Positions 8,659 through 17,162 of a stretch of 32,167 bases of DNA are shown here, piece after piece. The first letter of the stretch is position 1, and every line of letters begins with the position of its first letter. The notes beneath the pieces are model-generated. The model did no database searches, was not told the DNA's origin, and saw only the letters and a program-made list of their open reading frames with translations. Source of the stretch: Candidatus Rokuibacteriota bacterium (lineage in GTDB: Bacteria > JAUVQV01 > DATDCY01); the NCBI GenBank assembly GCA_031406795.1, contig JANOHV010000003.1, positions 1 through 32,167 of the forward strand. The letters run 5' to 3'. The translations under genes and the position numbers were made by a program.

Positions 8659-10217
8659 GCAACCAGGATCACCCGCACACCGCGGCGGCCCGCCCGCTGA
8701 GCATCGCGCTGCTCGAGCATCCCCGGCAGTCGAGCTGGGTGCACATCAACGACATCGCCAACACCCCGCTGTCGAGCAGCCTGATGACCGGCTATGCCGC
8801 GGCGTCCCTGATGGGCCGGGGGCACCGGGTGTCGGTGGTCGACGCTCACCAGGGCGGGCTCTCGGCCGGTGCGGCGGTCGAAGGAGTCGCGGCAGCCGCC
8901 CCGGATCTGGTCGGCATCCACTTCGTCTACGACTGGTCCGACGGGGCTCACCTGCGCCGACTGGTTGCCGGGATTCGCAAGATCGCCGGCGACGCCCCGA
9001 TCCTGATCTACGGTTTCTACCCGACGTTCGGGTACGAGGTTCTGCTGCGGTCGATGCCTCAGGTCACGGCGGCGGTGCTGGGCGAACCGGAGCAGACGCT
9101 GGTCGAGGTGGCGGCACTCGCGGCCTCGGGCATGCGGCTCCCCGCCGGGCTCGGCGAGGTCCCGGGGTTGGCGCTCCGCCGCAACGGCGCCATCGCCCGC
9201 ACGGCGAGCCGTCCCCCGATCGCCGATCTCGACGCCCTCCCGTTCCCGCACCGTACCGCCGGGATGCTCTCCCTGCGCGAGGTGAATGTGGCCGCCAGCC
9301 ACGGGTGCTACGGCGCGTGCACCTTCTGCTCCATCAACCCGTTTTACGGTCCGCGCTCGCTCTGGCGCCCCCGCCGCCCCGAGCGGGTGATCGCGGAGAT
9401 GGCCGCGGTGCTCGAGTCCCACCCGGAGAAGAAACGGTTCTATTTCGTGGACCCGAACTTCTTCGGCCCCGGCGAGCGCGGCCGCCAGCGGGCGCTCACG
9501 CTCGCCCGGATGATCCGCGAGCGCTTTCGCGTGAACTTCGGGCTCGAAGGCCGCGTCAACGACATTGACGACGAGGTGATCGGGGCCCTGGTCGAGGCCG
9601 GCTTCGACGAGATCCTGATCGGCCTGGAGAGCGGCTCCGACGCGACGCTCGCGCGTCTCAACAAGCGCACGACTGTGGCGCAGAATCGCCGGGCGCTGCA
9701 GGTGTTGCGTGCCCACGGCGTCGAGCCGAACGTCGGGTTCATCATGTTCGAGCCGGACAGCTCGCTGGAAGACGTCCGGGTGAACCTGGGCTTCCTCGAG
9801 GAGGAAAACCTGCTCTCGAGGCTGAGCGTCACCGCCAATGTGCTCTATCACCAGCAGATCCTGCTCGGGCCGACTCCCGCGTACCGTCAGGCGCTCGCGG
9901 AGGGGCGGCTGGTTGTCTCGCCCGTCAACCCCTACGAGGGGAGCGTCCCCTATCGGCACGCCGAGGTGGCGTTTCTTGCCGAGACCATGGCCGAGGGCTG
10001 CCGCCACCTCTTCGCGGGCCTTCCCCGGGAAGTCTGGCTCTGCGCCGACCAGGCGTCGGACCCGCTGCTGCGGGCGCTCAACGACAGGCTCGTCGCCGTC
10101 TTCAGACGCACGCTCGACGGGCTCTCACGGAAAACCCTGAAGCCGAGTCCTGAAGCGGCCCGCGAGATCGTGGGCGAAATCAAAGGCAGTTTACTCCCGA
10201 CCGGCTTCACCTGCTAA
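8655..10217 (+). CDS. bzaE: B12-binding radical SAM methyltransferase, BzaE-like
   Basis: GTGA overlap with the bzaD stop; LLEHPR..NDIANTPLSS N-terminus, YGFYPT, GEPEQT, SHGCYGACTFC, FVDPNFFG, IGLESGS; last gene of the bza operon. Confidence 0.8.
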   Translation: MSNQDHPHTAAARPLSIALLEHPRQSSWVHINDIANTPLSSSLMTGYAAASLMGRGHRVSVVDAHQGGLSAGAAVEGVAAAAPDLVGIHFVYDWSDGAHLRRLVAGIRKIAGDAPILIYGFYPTFGYEVLLRSMPQVTAAVLGEPEQTLVEVAALAASGMRLPAGLGEVPGLALRRNGAIARTASRPPIADLDALPFPHRTAGMLSLREVNVAASHGCYGACTFCSINPFYGPRSLWRPRRPERVIAEMAAVLESHPEKKRFYFVDPNFFGPGERGRQRALTLARMIRERFRVNFGLEGRVNDIDDEVIGALVEAGFDEILIGLESGSDATLARLNKRTTVAQNRRALQVLRAHGVEPNVGFIMFEPDSSLEDVRVNLGFLEEENLLSRLSVTANVLYHQQILLGPTPAYRQALAEGRLVVSPVNPYEGSVPYRHAEVAFLAETMAEGCRHLFAGLPREVWLCADQASDPLLRALNDRLVAVFRRTLDGLSRKTLKPSPEAAREIVGEIKGSLLPTGFTC

Positions 10218-10253
10218 AGTACGGTCTCGTCAACGCTTGGAGGACACGACTGC

Positions 10254-11104
10254 ATGCACTGGATCGCCCCCGCGGAGAAGGACACCGCCACCGACACGCT
10301 CAGAAGCGACTTTGGGCGGCTGCGGACCAGTTTCGCGCCAACTCCGGCCTGACCTCCGCGCAGTACTCCACGCCTGTCCTCGGCCTGATCTTCCTGCGCT
10401 TCGCCGAGGTCCGATTCGCGGCGCAACGCACAAAGCTCGAGAAGGCGTCGGCTTCCTCGCGCCGCGGTTCCCGCCTCGATGACCCCGCCGCCTACCAAGC
10501 CGAGGGTATCCTCTACCTCCCGCCGAACGCCCGCTTCGGCCGCCTTCTTGTGCTGCCGGAGGGCACCGATGTCGGAAAAGCCGTCAACGAGGCGATGCGC
10601 GATATCGAGAAGCACAACCCGCAGCTCGCCGGCGTCCTGCCCCGAACGTACAACCTCTTCACCGGGACGCTCCTCAAGGAGTTGCTCAAGAAGGTCTCCA
10701 AGATCCCGGCGAGCATCGACTACGACGCCTTTGGACGGATCTACGAGTACTTCCTCGGCGAGCAGCCGGACTACACTCTCGGCGGCGACGAGGCGAAGGC
10801 CAAGCTCGTCGAGGTTTTCAATTCATCCCTTTCGGCGAAGGGTGTCAACCGGAAGGGCGGGGGGATTTCCTACCGTGACGTGCCTGGTTTGTGCCGCGTC
10901 GCATCCCTCCCCGAGATCGAAGCCCAGGGTTGGAGTCTCAACCCCGGCCGCTACGTCGGCGTTGCCCCCGGCGAGGAAGTAAGCGACGAGGACTTCAAGG
11001 AGAAGCTCGAAACTCTGAATGAAGAGCTCGAGGTCCTAAACACCCTGGCCCGCGACCTCGAACAAACCATCGCCAGCAACGTGACCGAAATTCTGGAGAA
11101 TTAA
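10254..11104 (+). pseudogene. hsdM: Type I RM methyltransferase HsdM remnant
   Basis: GGAGG SD and ATG 10254 give MHWIAPAEKDTATDTL; a 1-nt deletion at ~10302 follows, and the shifted frame reads KRLWAAADQFRANSGL..VLGLIFLRFAE (HsdM N-terminus). After GRIYEYFLGE it jumps to C-terminal YRDVPGLC..WSLNPGRYVG; the GEFYTP, DPxCG and NPPF motifs are absent. Confidence 0.9.
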
Positions 11105-11105
11105 C

Positions 11106-11912
11106 TTGCGGCGTGAAGTCTGGAAAACGGTTCCGATCAAAGAACTCTACGAAGGTCTGTACGACGGTCCTCATGCTACGCCGAAGCCTTCAGATGAAGG
11201 GCCAGTGTTCCTCGGGATCAAGAATGTCACGGATGATGGTTGTCTCGATATGCTGGATGTACGGCACATTGCGGAAGATGATTTCGGAACGTGGACACGG
11301 CGGGTCGAGCCACGTCCAGGCGACCTGGTATTCACCTACGAAGCGACACTCAATCGGTACCCAGTAATCCCCCAAGGTTTCCGTGGGTGCCTTGGTCGAC
11401 GCATGGCATTGATACGTCTCGATCCAGAGAAAACCGATTTCCGCTACCTCCTGTACTACTTCTTCACGACGGACTGGAGAGCAGTGATCAAGAACAACAT
11501 GCTGTCCGGTTCGACGGTGGATCGCATTCCGCTTACGAATTTCCCTGAGTTCCCTGTCCGTGTGCCGCCGCTCCCCGTGCAGCGGCGGATCGCGGGCATC
11601 CTGTCGGCGTATGACGACCTGATCGAGAACAACCTGCGGCGCATCCGGATCCTGGAGGAAATGGTCCGCGCCCTCTATCGCGAGTGGTTCGTCCTCTTCC
11701 GCTTCCCCGGTAACGAGAACCACCCCCGCACGCCCTCTCCCCCCGGTCCCATTCCCAAGGGATGGGAAGTGACCGTTTTCACCGACCTCGCAGAGATACT
11801 CAGCGGAGGCACACCGAAGACTGATACTCCTGAATACTGGGACGGGACCATCCCGTTTTTCACACACTTCGTATGCCGACAAGCGGCGGCTTATGGCGGT
11901 CGGGCTGCTTGA
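11106..11912 (+). pseudogene. hsdS: Type I RM specificity subunit HsdS, truncated early in the second TRD
   Basis: TRD1 (DGPHATP), conserved [30 protein letters not shown], then TRD2 start [24 protein letters not shown]. HsdS-like sequence ends abruptly at ~11865. Confidence 0.85.
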
Positions 11913-12600
11913 AAACGACGAGAATCACTGGAAACTCACAGCGGCGGGCATCGCTGCCGTTCGCCAGCAGCCATTCGACGTCCAGGACGTGACAAAGTTC
12001 GTCCACAATCGGGCGGAACTCCATGGCGATGACTTGATCGCAGACGTCTATCGCCGCCACCCCTACTATGCGACACGAAGCGAGATCGTCGCGCGGGTAT
12101 TGCCGGAGGCGGTGGATAGGGCGCGGGTGCTTTCCGCACGCCCACGATCGCTTGGCCCGGGGCTCGTGACGGTCGGGTACGAGGGCAAGTCGCTGGAGCG
12201 GTACCTCAATCTACTTCTTCGCGGTTCGGTGACACTCCTGTGCGACGTGCGTCGAAACCCGCTGAGCCGGAAGTTCGGATTCTCCAAGGGCACCCTGAGC
12301 AAAACCTGCGAGGGGCTCGGTATCCGGTATGAGCACCTGCCGGATTTGGGTATCGCTACCGATAAATGGCGGAAGTTTGAAACGCAGGCCGACTACGATG
12401 CCCTGTTTGACTTGTACGAGAGAGAAAGCCTGCCTCGGCAGGAAGTCGAGTTGGAGACCATCCGCGGCTGGGTCGAGCGTGACGGGCACCGGGTCGCGCT
12501 GACCTGTTATGAGGAGAAGCCCTCGATGTGCCACAGACATTGCGTCGCAGAGGCACTGGCGCGGCTTGTCGGATCCGAATCGGAACCGGTTCGCCTCTGA
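11866..12600 (+). pseudogene. DUF488-family protein, probably 5'-truncated (residual ORF 11893..12600)
   Basis: TVGYEG..LCDVRRNPLSRKFGFSK..YEHLPDLGI..VALTCYEE..CHR motifs. The frame runs upstream of ATG 11893 as TSYADKRRL to the hsdS break. Confidence 0.7.
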
Positions 12601-12634
12601 AGCGCAGGCACGGCATCTGGGTTATACTCTCAGC

Positions 12635-12955
12635 ATGGTAACGCTTCCCGAGATTAGAGAACTTTCCGACATGATCGTCCGGGAATTTCGGCCGGAGCGA
12701 GTGATTCTTTTTGGTTCGTACGCCAATGGCACCGCAGGCAAGGATTCCGACATTGATCTCCTCGTCGTCATGCCTTTTCGCGGGAACCGCATTCGCAAAG
12801 CGGTGGAAATTCTTGACAAGATCAAAGTTCGAGCGGCGGTTGACCTTGTCGTTCGCACTCCGGAGGATGTCCGTCGCCGCGTTGCCTTGAACGACTTCTT
12901 CCTTAAGCAGATTCTTGATCGGGGCACGGTGCTTCATGAATCCACTCGTACGTGA
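12635..12955 (+). CDS. Minimal nucleotidyltransferase (MNT), antitoxin-like
   Basis: 106 aa with VILFGSYANGTAGKDSDIDLLVV (GSx10DxD); TATACT 6 nt before the ATG; overlaps the HEPN gene. Confidence 0.9.
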   Translation: MVTLPEIRELSDMIVREFRPERVILFGSYANGTAGKDSDIDLLVVMPFRGNRIRKAVEILDKIKVRAAVDLVVRTPEDVRRRVALNDFFLKQILDRGTVLHESTRT

Positions 12956-13334
12956 GTGGGTCAACAAAGCCGAGGGTGATTTCACCACCGCCGAACGGGA
13001 ATTGCGCGCCCGAAAGAAACCGAATTACGACGCTGCCTGTTTTCACGCCCAGCAATGCGCCGAGAAGTACCTGAAAGCTTTTCTCCAGGAAAAGGGTCTC
13101 CCCTTCGGGAAGACGCACAATCTCATCGCCCTCCTCGATCAGGCTCTCGTGGCGGTCTCCAGCCTTGAGTTGCTTCGTCCGGATCTGCAGCGGCTGAACC
13201 TCTACGCCGTCCAGGTCCGATATCCAGGAGAGTCGGCCGACAAGGGCACCGCCCGCGAAGCGTTCTTGGTGTCAAGAGCAGTGCGCGAAGCACTTCGAAC
13301 GACACTTGGAATGCGTACGCAACGAGACCGATAA
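12936..13334 (+). CDS. HEPN domain protein, partner of MNT
   Basis: W..KAEGD..A..ACFHAQQCAEKYLKAFL..KTHNLIALL..RYP; 132 aa; 20-nt overlap with MNT. Confidence 0.9.
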   Translation: MNPLVREWVNKAEGDFTTAERELRARKKPNYDAACFHAQQCAEKYLKAFLQEKGLPFGKTHNLIALLDQALVAVSSLELLRPDLQRLNLYAVQVRYPGESADKGTAREAFLVSRAVREALRTTLGMRTQRDR

Positions 13335-13408
13335 CTTCGCTGCGCACTTGATCGACGCTTGACTGTTACTTGACCAGAACCCTCGAGAAGGGCCGCGTAC
13401 GTGCTGAC

Positions 13409-15477
13409 ATGACCCCTCATCCTTACACCGAGGACCAGCTCGTCGAGCAGCCCGCTATCCGTCTTTTCGCGGAGCTGGGATGGCGGACCGTGTCGGCGAT
13501 GGACGAAGTCCTCGGCGAGGGCGGAACGCTTGGCCGGGCAACGAGAGGCGGGGTTGTGCTATCAGCCCGGCTGCAAGCGGCCCTTCAGCGGTTAAACCCG
13601 GCGCTCGCGGCGGAGGCGATCGCCGCCGCGGTTGACGAGCTGACGCGCGACCGCTCGGCGATGGGCATGGCGGCCGCCAACCGCGAGGCCTACGCGCTGC
13701 TCAAGGACGGGATCACGGTCCAGGTGCCGGACCGCGACAAGGGCGGCCAGAAACTCGAGCGCGTGCGGGTGATGGACTGAGAAAACCCGCGGGCAAACGA
13801 CTTCCTCCTGGTCAGTCAGATGACCATCACGGGCTCACTCTACACCTGTCGTCCGGATCTGATCGGTTTCGTGAACGGCCTGCCGCTCGTCGTCGTGGAG
13901 TTGAAGAAGCCGGGTGTGTCGGCCCGGCAGGCTTTCGACGAGAACCTCACCAGCTATAAGCACGCGCAGAATGGCGTCCCGGAGCTCTTCTGGTTCAACG
14001 CTTTGCTGATCGCATCGAACGGCACCGAAAGCCGCGTGGGCTCGCTCATGGCGGATTGGGAGCGCTTTCTTGAGTGGAAGCGCATCGAGCGTGAAGACGA
14101 GCCGCGCCGCGTGTCGCTGGAGGTGGTGCTCCGGGGAACCTGCGAGCCGAGCCGGCTGCTCGGGGAGAACCACCGGTATGTGTTCACGCTGATCCACAAG
14201 TTCCAGCTGGCGGAGGTGCTCTGCGACCGGCGCGACGTCATCGTGATCACCGACGAGGCGCACCGGAGCCAGTACGACACGCTCGCGCTGAACATGCGGA
14301 CGGCGCTGCCCAACGCGCTCTTTCTCGCCTTCACCGGCACGCCGCTCATCGTAGGGGAGGAGCGCACGCGCGAGGTCTTCGGCGACTACGTCTCGATCTA
14401 CGATTTCCAGCAATCCGTGGAGGACGGGGCCACCGTGCCGCTCTTCTACGAGAACCGCACGCCCGAGCTGCTGCTGGAGAACCCGAGCCTCAACGACGAC
14501 ATCTACGCGCTAATCGAGGAGGCTGAACTGAGCGAGGAGACCGAGAGGCGCCTGGAGCGCGGGGTGGGGCGGCGCCGGTTCGCGAGAAGAAAGAACTCGT
14601 CGAACAGTTGCGTGTCGCCATCGCGGCGACCGAGGACTTCTGTGCGCGCAACGGGGTAAGGATTCGGGAGATTGTCGCCGCGCAAGGGATGCAACGCCTG
14701 AATGGCATCGCGCTGGCCGTCGAAGCGCTCATCTCGCCGGATCCGCTGCGCAAGGAGTATCTGGGGTATGAAAGGCTGGTGCAGACGCTCTACGACGCGG
14801 TGAAGCCCGATCCGGCGGTGGTTGAATTCGCGGCGGTCACATCATGCCTGAGCATCATCGCCGCCGCCATCCGCGAGCGCACGGGGGGGACGTATGGCGA
14901 CATCACCGGGGTGATGGGCGAAATCAACCGCCTTCTCGATGCATCCATCGCCGCGGACGGCTTCGTCATCCGGAAGGGTGCCGGCGACCATTCGCGAATT
15001 CTGGACCTATCGAAGATCGATTTTGAAGCGCTGGCGAAACGCTTTACCAAATCGAAGACGCGCAACATCGAGCTGGAGCAGCTCAAGGCTGCCATCCGCA
15101 TCCAGCTTGAAGCGATGGTGCGTGCGAACCGGACACGGGTCGACTTCCTCGCCCGTTTCGGGGAATTGATCGCCACCTACAACGCAGGCAGCCGGAATAT
15201 CGAGGAGTTGTTCAACGAACTCCCGGACCTCAGCCGCACGATGACCGATGAACAGCAGCGCCACGTCCGCGAGCATCTCACAGAGGAGGAGCTGACGGTC
15301 TTCGACATCCTCACCCGTCCGGGGCCCGAACTCACGCCCGAGGACGCCCTCGATGAGGGCTTGCCGCGCGCCTACTCGCCCGAGCTGTACAAAACGAAGT
15401 GCTGTTTTGTCTTCCAGCATGTGTACGAGAGCTATGGCGACCAAGGCATAAGTTACCAACCTTCGAGCGGGGGTTAG
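13409..15477 (+). pseudogene. hsdR: Type I RM restriction subunit HsdR remnant
   Basis: YTEDQLVEQPAI..LGW; in-frame TGA at 13778 (D*ENP, likely TGG>TGA); [20 protein letters not shown] nuclease motif; [14 protein letters not shown]. Walker A region missing (jump at ~14160), frameshifting jump at ~14560, a further jump at ~15340. Confidence 0.9.
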
Positions 15478-15500
15478 CCAGAAGTTCCTGCGAGCAGGGC

Positions 15501-15529
15501 TTGACAAAGGCAAACGCTACGCAAATACT
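15501..15529 (+). promoter_or_regulatory. Sigma70 promoter for the cob/cbi operon leader
   Basis: TTGACA-17 nt-AATACT, ending 5 nt before riboswitch P1. Confidence 0.7.
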
Positions 15530-15534
15530 AGCAA

Positions 15535-15693
15535 TCGCGAGTGGCCGCCGAGGCCATGATAGGGAAGACGGTGAGAAACCGTCGCGGACCCGCCGCTGTA
15601 ACCGGGGACGAAAGCCGAATCCGCCACTGTCCCGGGAGGGATGGGAAGGCGCGGCGAGTAGGGAGATCCGGGAGCCAGAAGACCTGCTCGCGA
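15535..15693 (+). ncRNA. Cobalamin riboswitch aptamer
   Basis: ATAGGGAAGACGGTGAGAAACCGTCGCGGACCCGCCGCTGTAACCGGGGA, GCCACTG..GGGAAGGC, GAGCCAGAAGACCTGC; P1 TCGCGAGT pairs with GCTCGCGA. Confidence 0.95.
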
Positions 15694-15758
15694 GGCAGTT
15701 GGTGAACTTCCCCCGAGGGGTGGGGGAGTCGCGGCTTGCACCGAGGATGGAATACGGC

Positions 15759-15797
15759 ATCCCCGGGCCTGGTGAAACAGGTCCGGGGATTTTTTTT
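15759..15797 (+). terminator. Riboswitch expression-platform terminator
   Basis: ATCCCCGGGCCTG-GTGAAA-CAGGTCCGGGGAT stem ending in a run of 8 T. Confidence 0.9.
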
Positions 15798-15823
15798 GGC
15801 GCGCGGGAGGCGGGAAGAGCACG

Positions 15824-16441
15824 ATGGCACGGCGGCTGATCCTGATCCGGCACGGACAGGTTGAGGAGCGCTTCGAGGGCCGGTTCGTCGGCTCGACGGA
15901 CGCCGTCCTCTCGCCGGCCGGTCTGCGCCAGGCCGGGGATCTGACTTCCTGGCTGGCGGGGAAGAAGTCCGGGGCCTGCTTTTGCAGCCCGCTGCAGCGG
16001 TGCACCGCGACCGCCTGCGCCGCCCTCGCCGGGCTCTCGCTGCAACCGGTTCTGGACCCGGATCTGCGCGAGGTGGACTTCGGCGAGTGGGAGGGGCTGA
16101 GCTTCGCCGACATCGCCGGCAAGGACGCCGCGGCCGTGGATCGCTGGGCCCGGTTCGAACCCGGATTCCGGTTCCCCGGCGGCGAGAGCATCGCCGAGTT
16201 CACGAGACGTATCGGGGCCGCGGCCGACAGGATGGCCGCCGTGCCGCAGGAGACCGTGGTCGCCTTCACGCACGGCGGGGTCATCCGGTTCATGCTCTGC
16301 GCGTTGCTGCGGCTGGATCCCCGCAGCTACGCAGCGTTTGAAATACGGCCGGCGGGGGTGGTCGAACTGGCGCTGTTCGAGGGCGGGGCGCTGCTGCAAT
16401 CGCTGGGCAACGTCCGGGACATCGGGGTGGGGCGGGAATGA
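15824..16441 (+). CDS. cobC: Alpha-ribazole/adenosylcobalamin phosphatase (histidine phosphatase)
   Basis: LILIRHG, SPLQRC, LREVDFGEWEG, PGGES, FTHGGVIR; first gene after the B12 riboswitch. Confidence 0.85.
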   Translation: MARRLILIRHGQVEERFEGRFVGSTDAVLSPAGLRQAGDLTSWLAGKKSGACFCSPLQRCTATACAALAGLSLQPVLDPDLREVDFGEWEGLSFADIAGKDAAAVDRWARFEPGFRFPGGESIAEFTRRIGAAADRMAAVPQETVVAFTHGGVIRFMLCALLRLDPRSYAAFEIRPAGVVELALFEGGALLQSLGNVRDIGVGRE

Positions 16442-16467
16442 TGCGACTGATGTCGGGGTCTGGGTTG

Positions 16468-16553
16468 TTCGCAGGGGAGCGGGTCTATCGCCTCCCCGAC
16501 GTTGGCGGTGACGCGTCATGGGGGCGGGCGGGGATCAACCCCGCCGCTACGAA
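16468..16553. repeat. Degenerate inverted pair of GTAG-type REP-like palindromes
   Basis: Minus strand GTAGC-GGCGGGG-TTGAT-CCCCGCC (16550-16527); diverged plus-strand partner TTCGCAGGGGAGCGGGTCTATCGCCTCCCC (16468-16497). Confidence 0.55.
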
Positions 16554-16610
16554 ATGCGCGACGACCATGAATTGCGGAATGACCATTTTTTGGAAGAACG
16601 GCGCCTGAGC

Positions 16611-17162
16611 ATGGGCACGGTCATCCTCGTCACCGGCGGCAGCCGCAGCGGCAAGAGCGCGTACGCGCTGCGACTGGCGGAAGCCCGGCCCGGGCCGTGG
16701 ACGTTCATCGCCACCTGCCCGTCAATCGACGAGGAGATGGCGAGAAAGATCGAAGTCCACCGGCACGAGCGGGATGCGGGGATGTGGACGACGATCGAGG
16801 AGGAGGCCGACCTCGCGGGAGCCATCGGGCGCGCCGGTGCTGCCGGCGTGATCCTCGTGGACTGCCTGACGCTCTGGGTGAACAACCTGATGTACCGCGC
16901 CTCGCGTGCGGGGCGGGAGGTGACCGAGCAGGAGCTCGCCGGATTGACGCACATGGTGGTGCGGGAGGCCCGGAGCGCCCCCGGCACCGTGATTTTCGTG
17001 ACGAACGAGGTCGGTCTGGGGATCGTCCCCCCGGATGCGCCGACGCGGCTCTACCGCAACCTCGTGGGACGATGCGGACAGGCGATCGCGGCGGCCGCGG
17101 ACGCGGCGGTCCTGGTGGTCTGCGGCCTGCCAATCACCCTCAAAGGAGACCCGGAGCAATGA
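16611..17162 (+). CDS. cobU: Adenosylcobinamide kinase / cobinamide-phosphate guanylyltransferase
   Basis: LVTGGSRSGKS, FIATC..DEEM..IEVH, LVDCLTLWVNN, VTNEVGLGIVP. Confidence 0.95.
   Translation: MGTVILVTGGSRSGKSAYALRLAEARPGPWTFIATCPSIDEEMARKIEVHRHERDAGMWTTIEEEADLAGAIGRAGAAGVILVDCLTLWVNNLMYRASRAGREVTEQELAGLTHMVVREARSAPGTVIFVTNEVGLGIVPPDAPTRLYRNLVGRCGQAIAAAADAAVLVVCGLPITLKGDPEQ

Noticed and set aside
13778..13780. TGA as selenocysteine or programmed read-through in hsdR
   Set aside because: The position fits a Trp (DW-ENP) mutated TGG>TGA in a gene with several other lesions; TGA is the normal stop elsewhere in the window.
10200..15500. Integrative element or transposon boundaries around the RM island
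   Set aside because: No integrase, transposase, tRNA or flanking direct repeat could be identified by eye.
15509..15528. c-di-GMP-I riboswitch-like words GGCAAAC...ACGCAAA
   Set aside because: There is no room for the P2 stem-loop between them; the segment is the spacer of the TTGACA/AATACT promoter.
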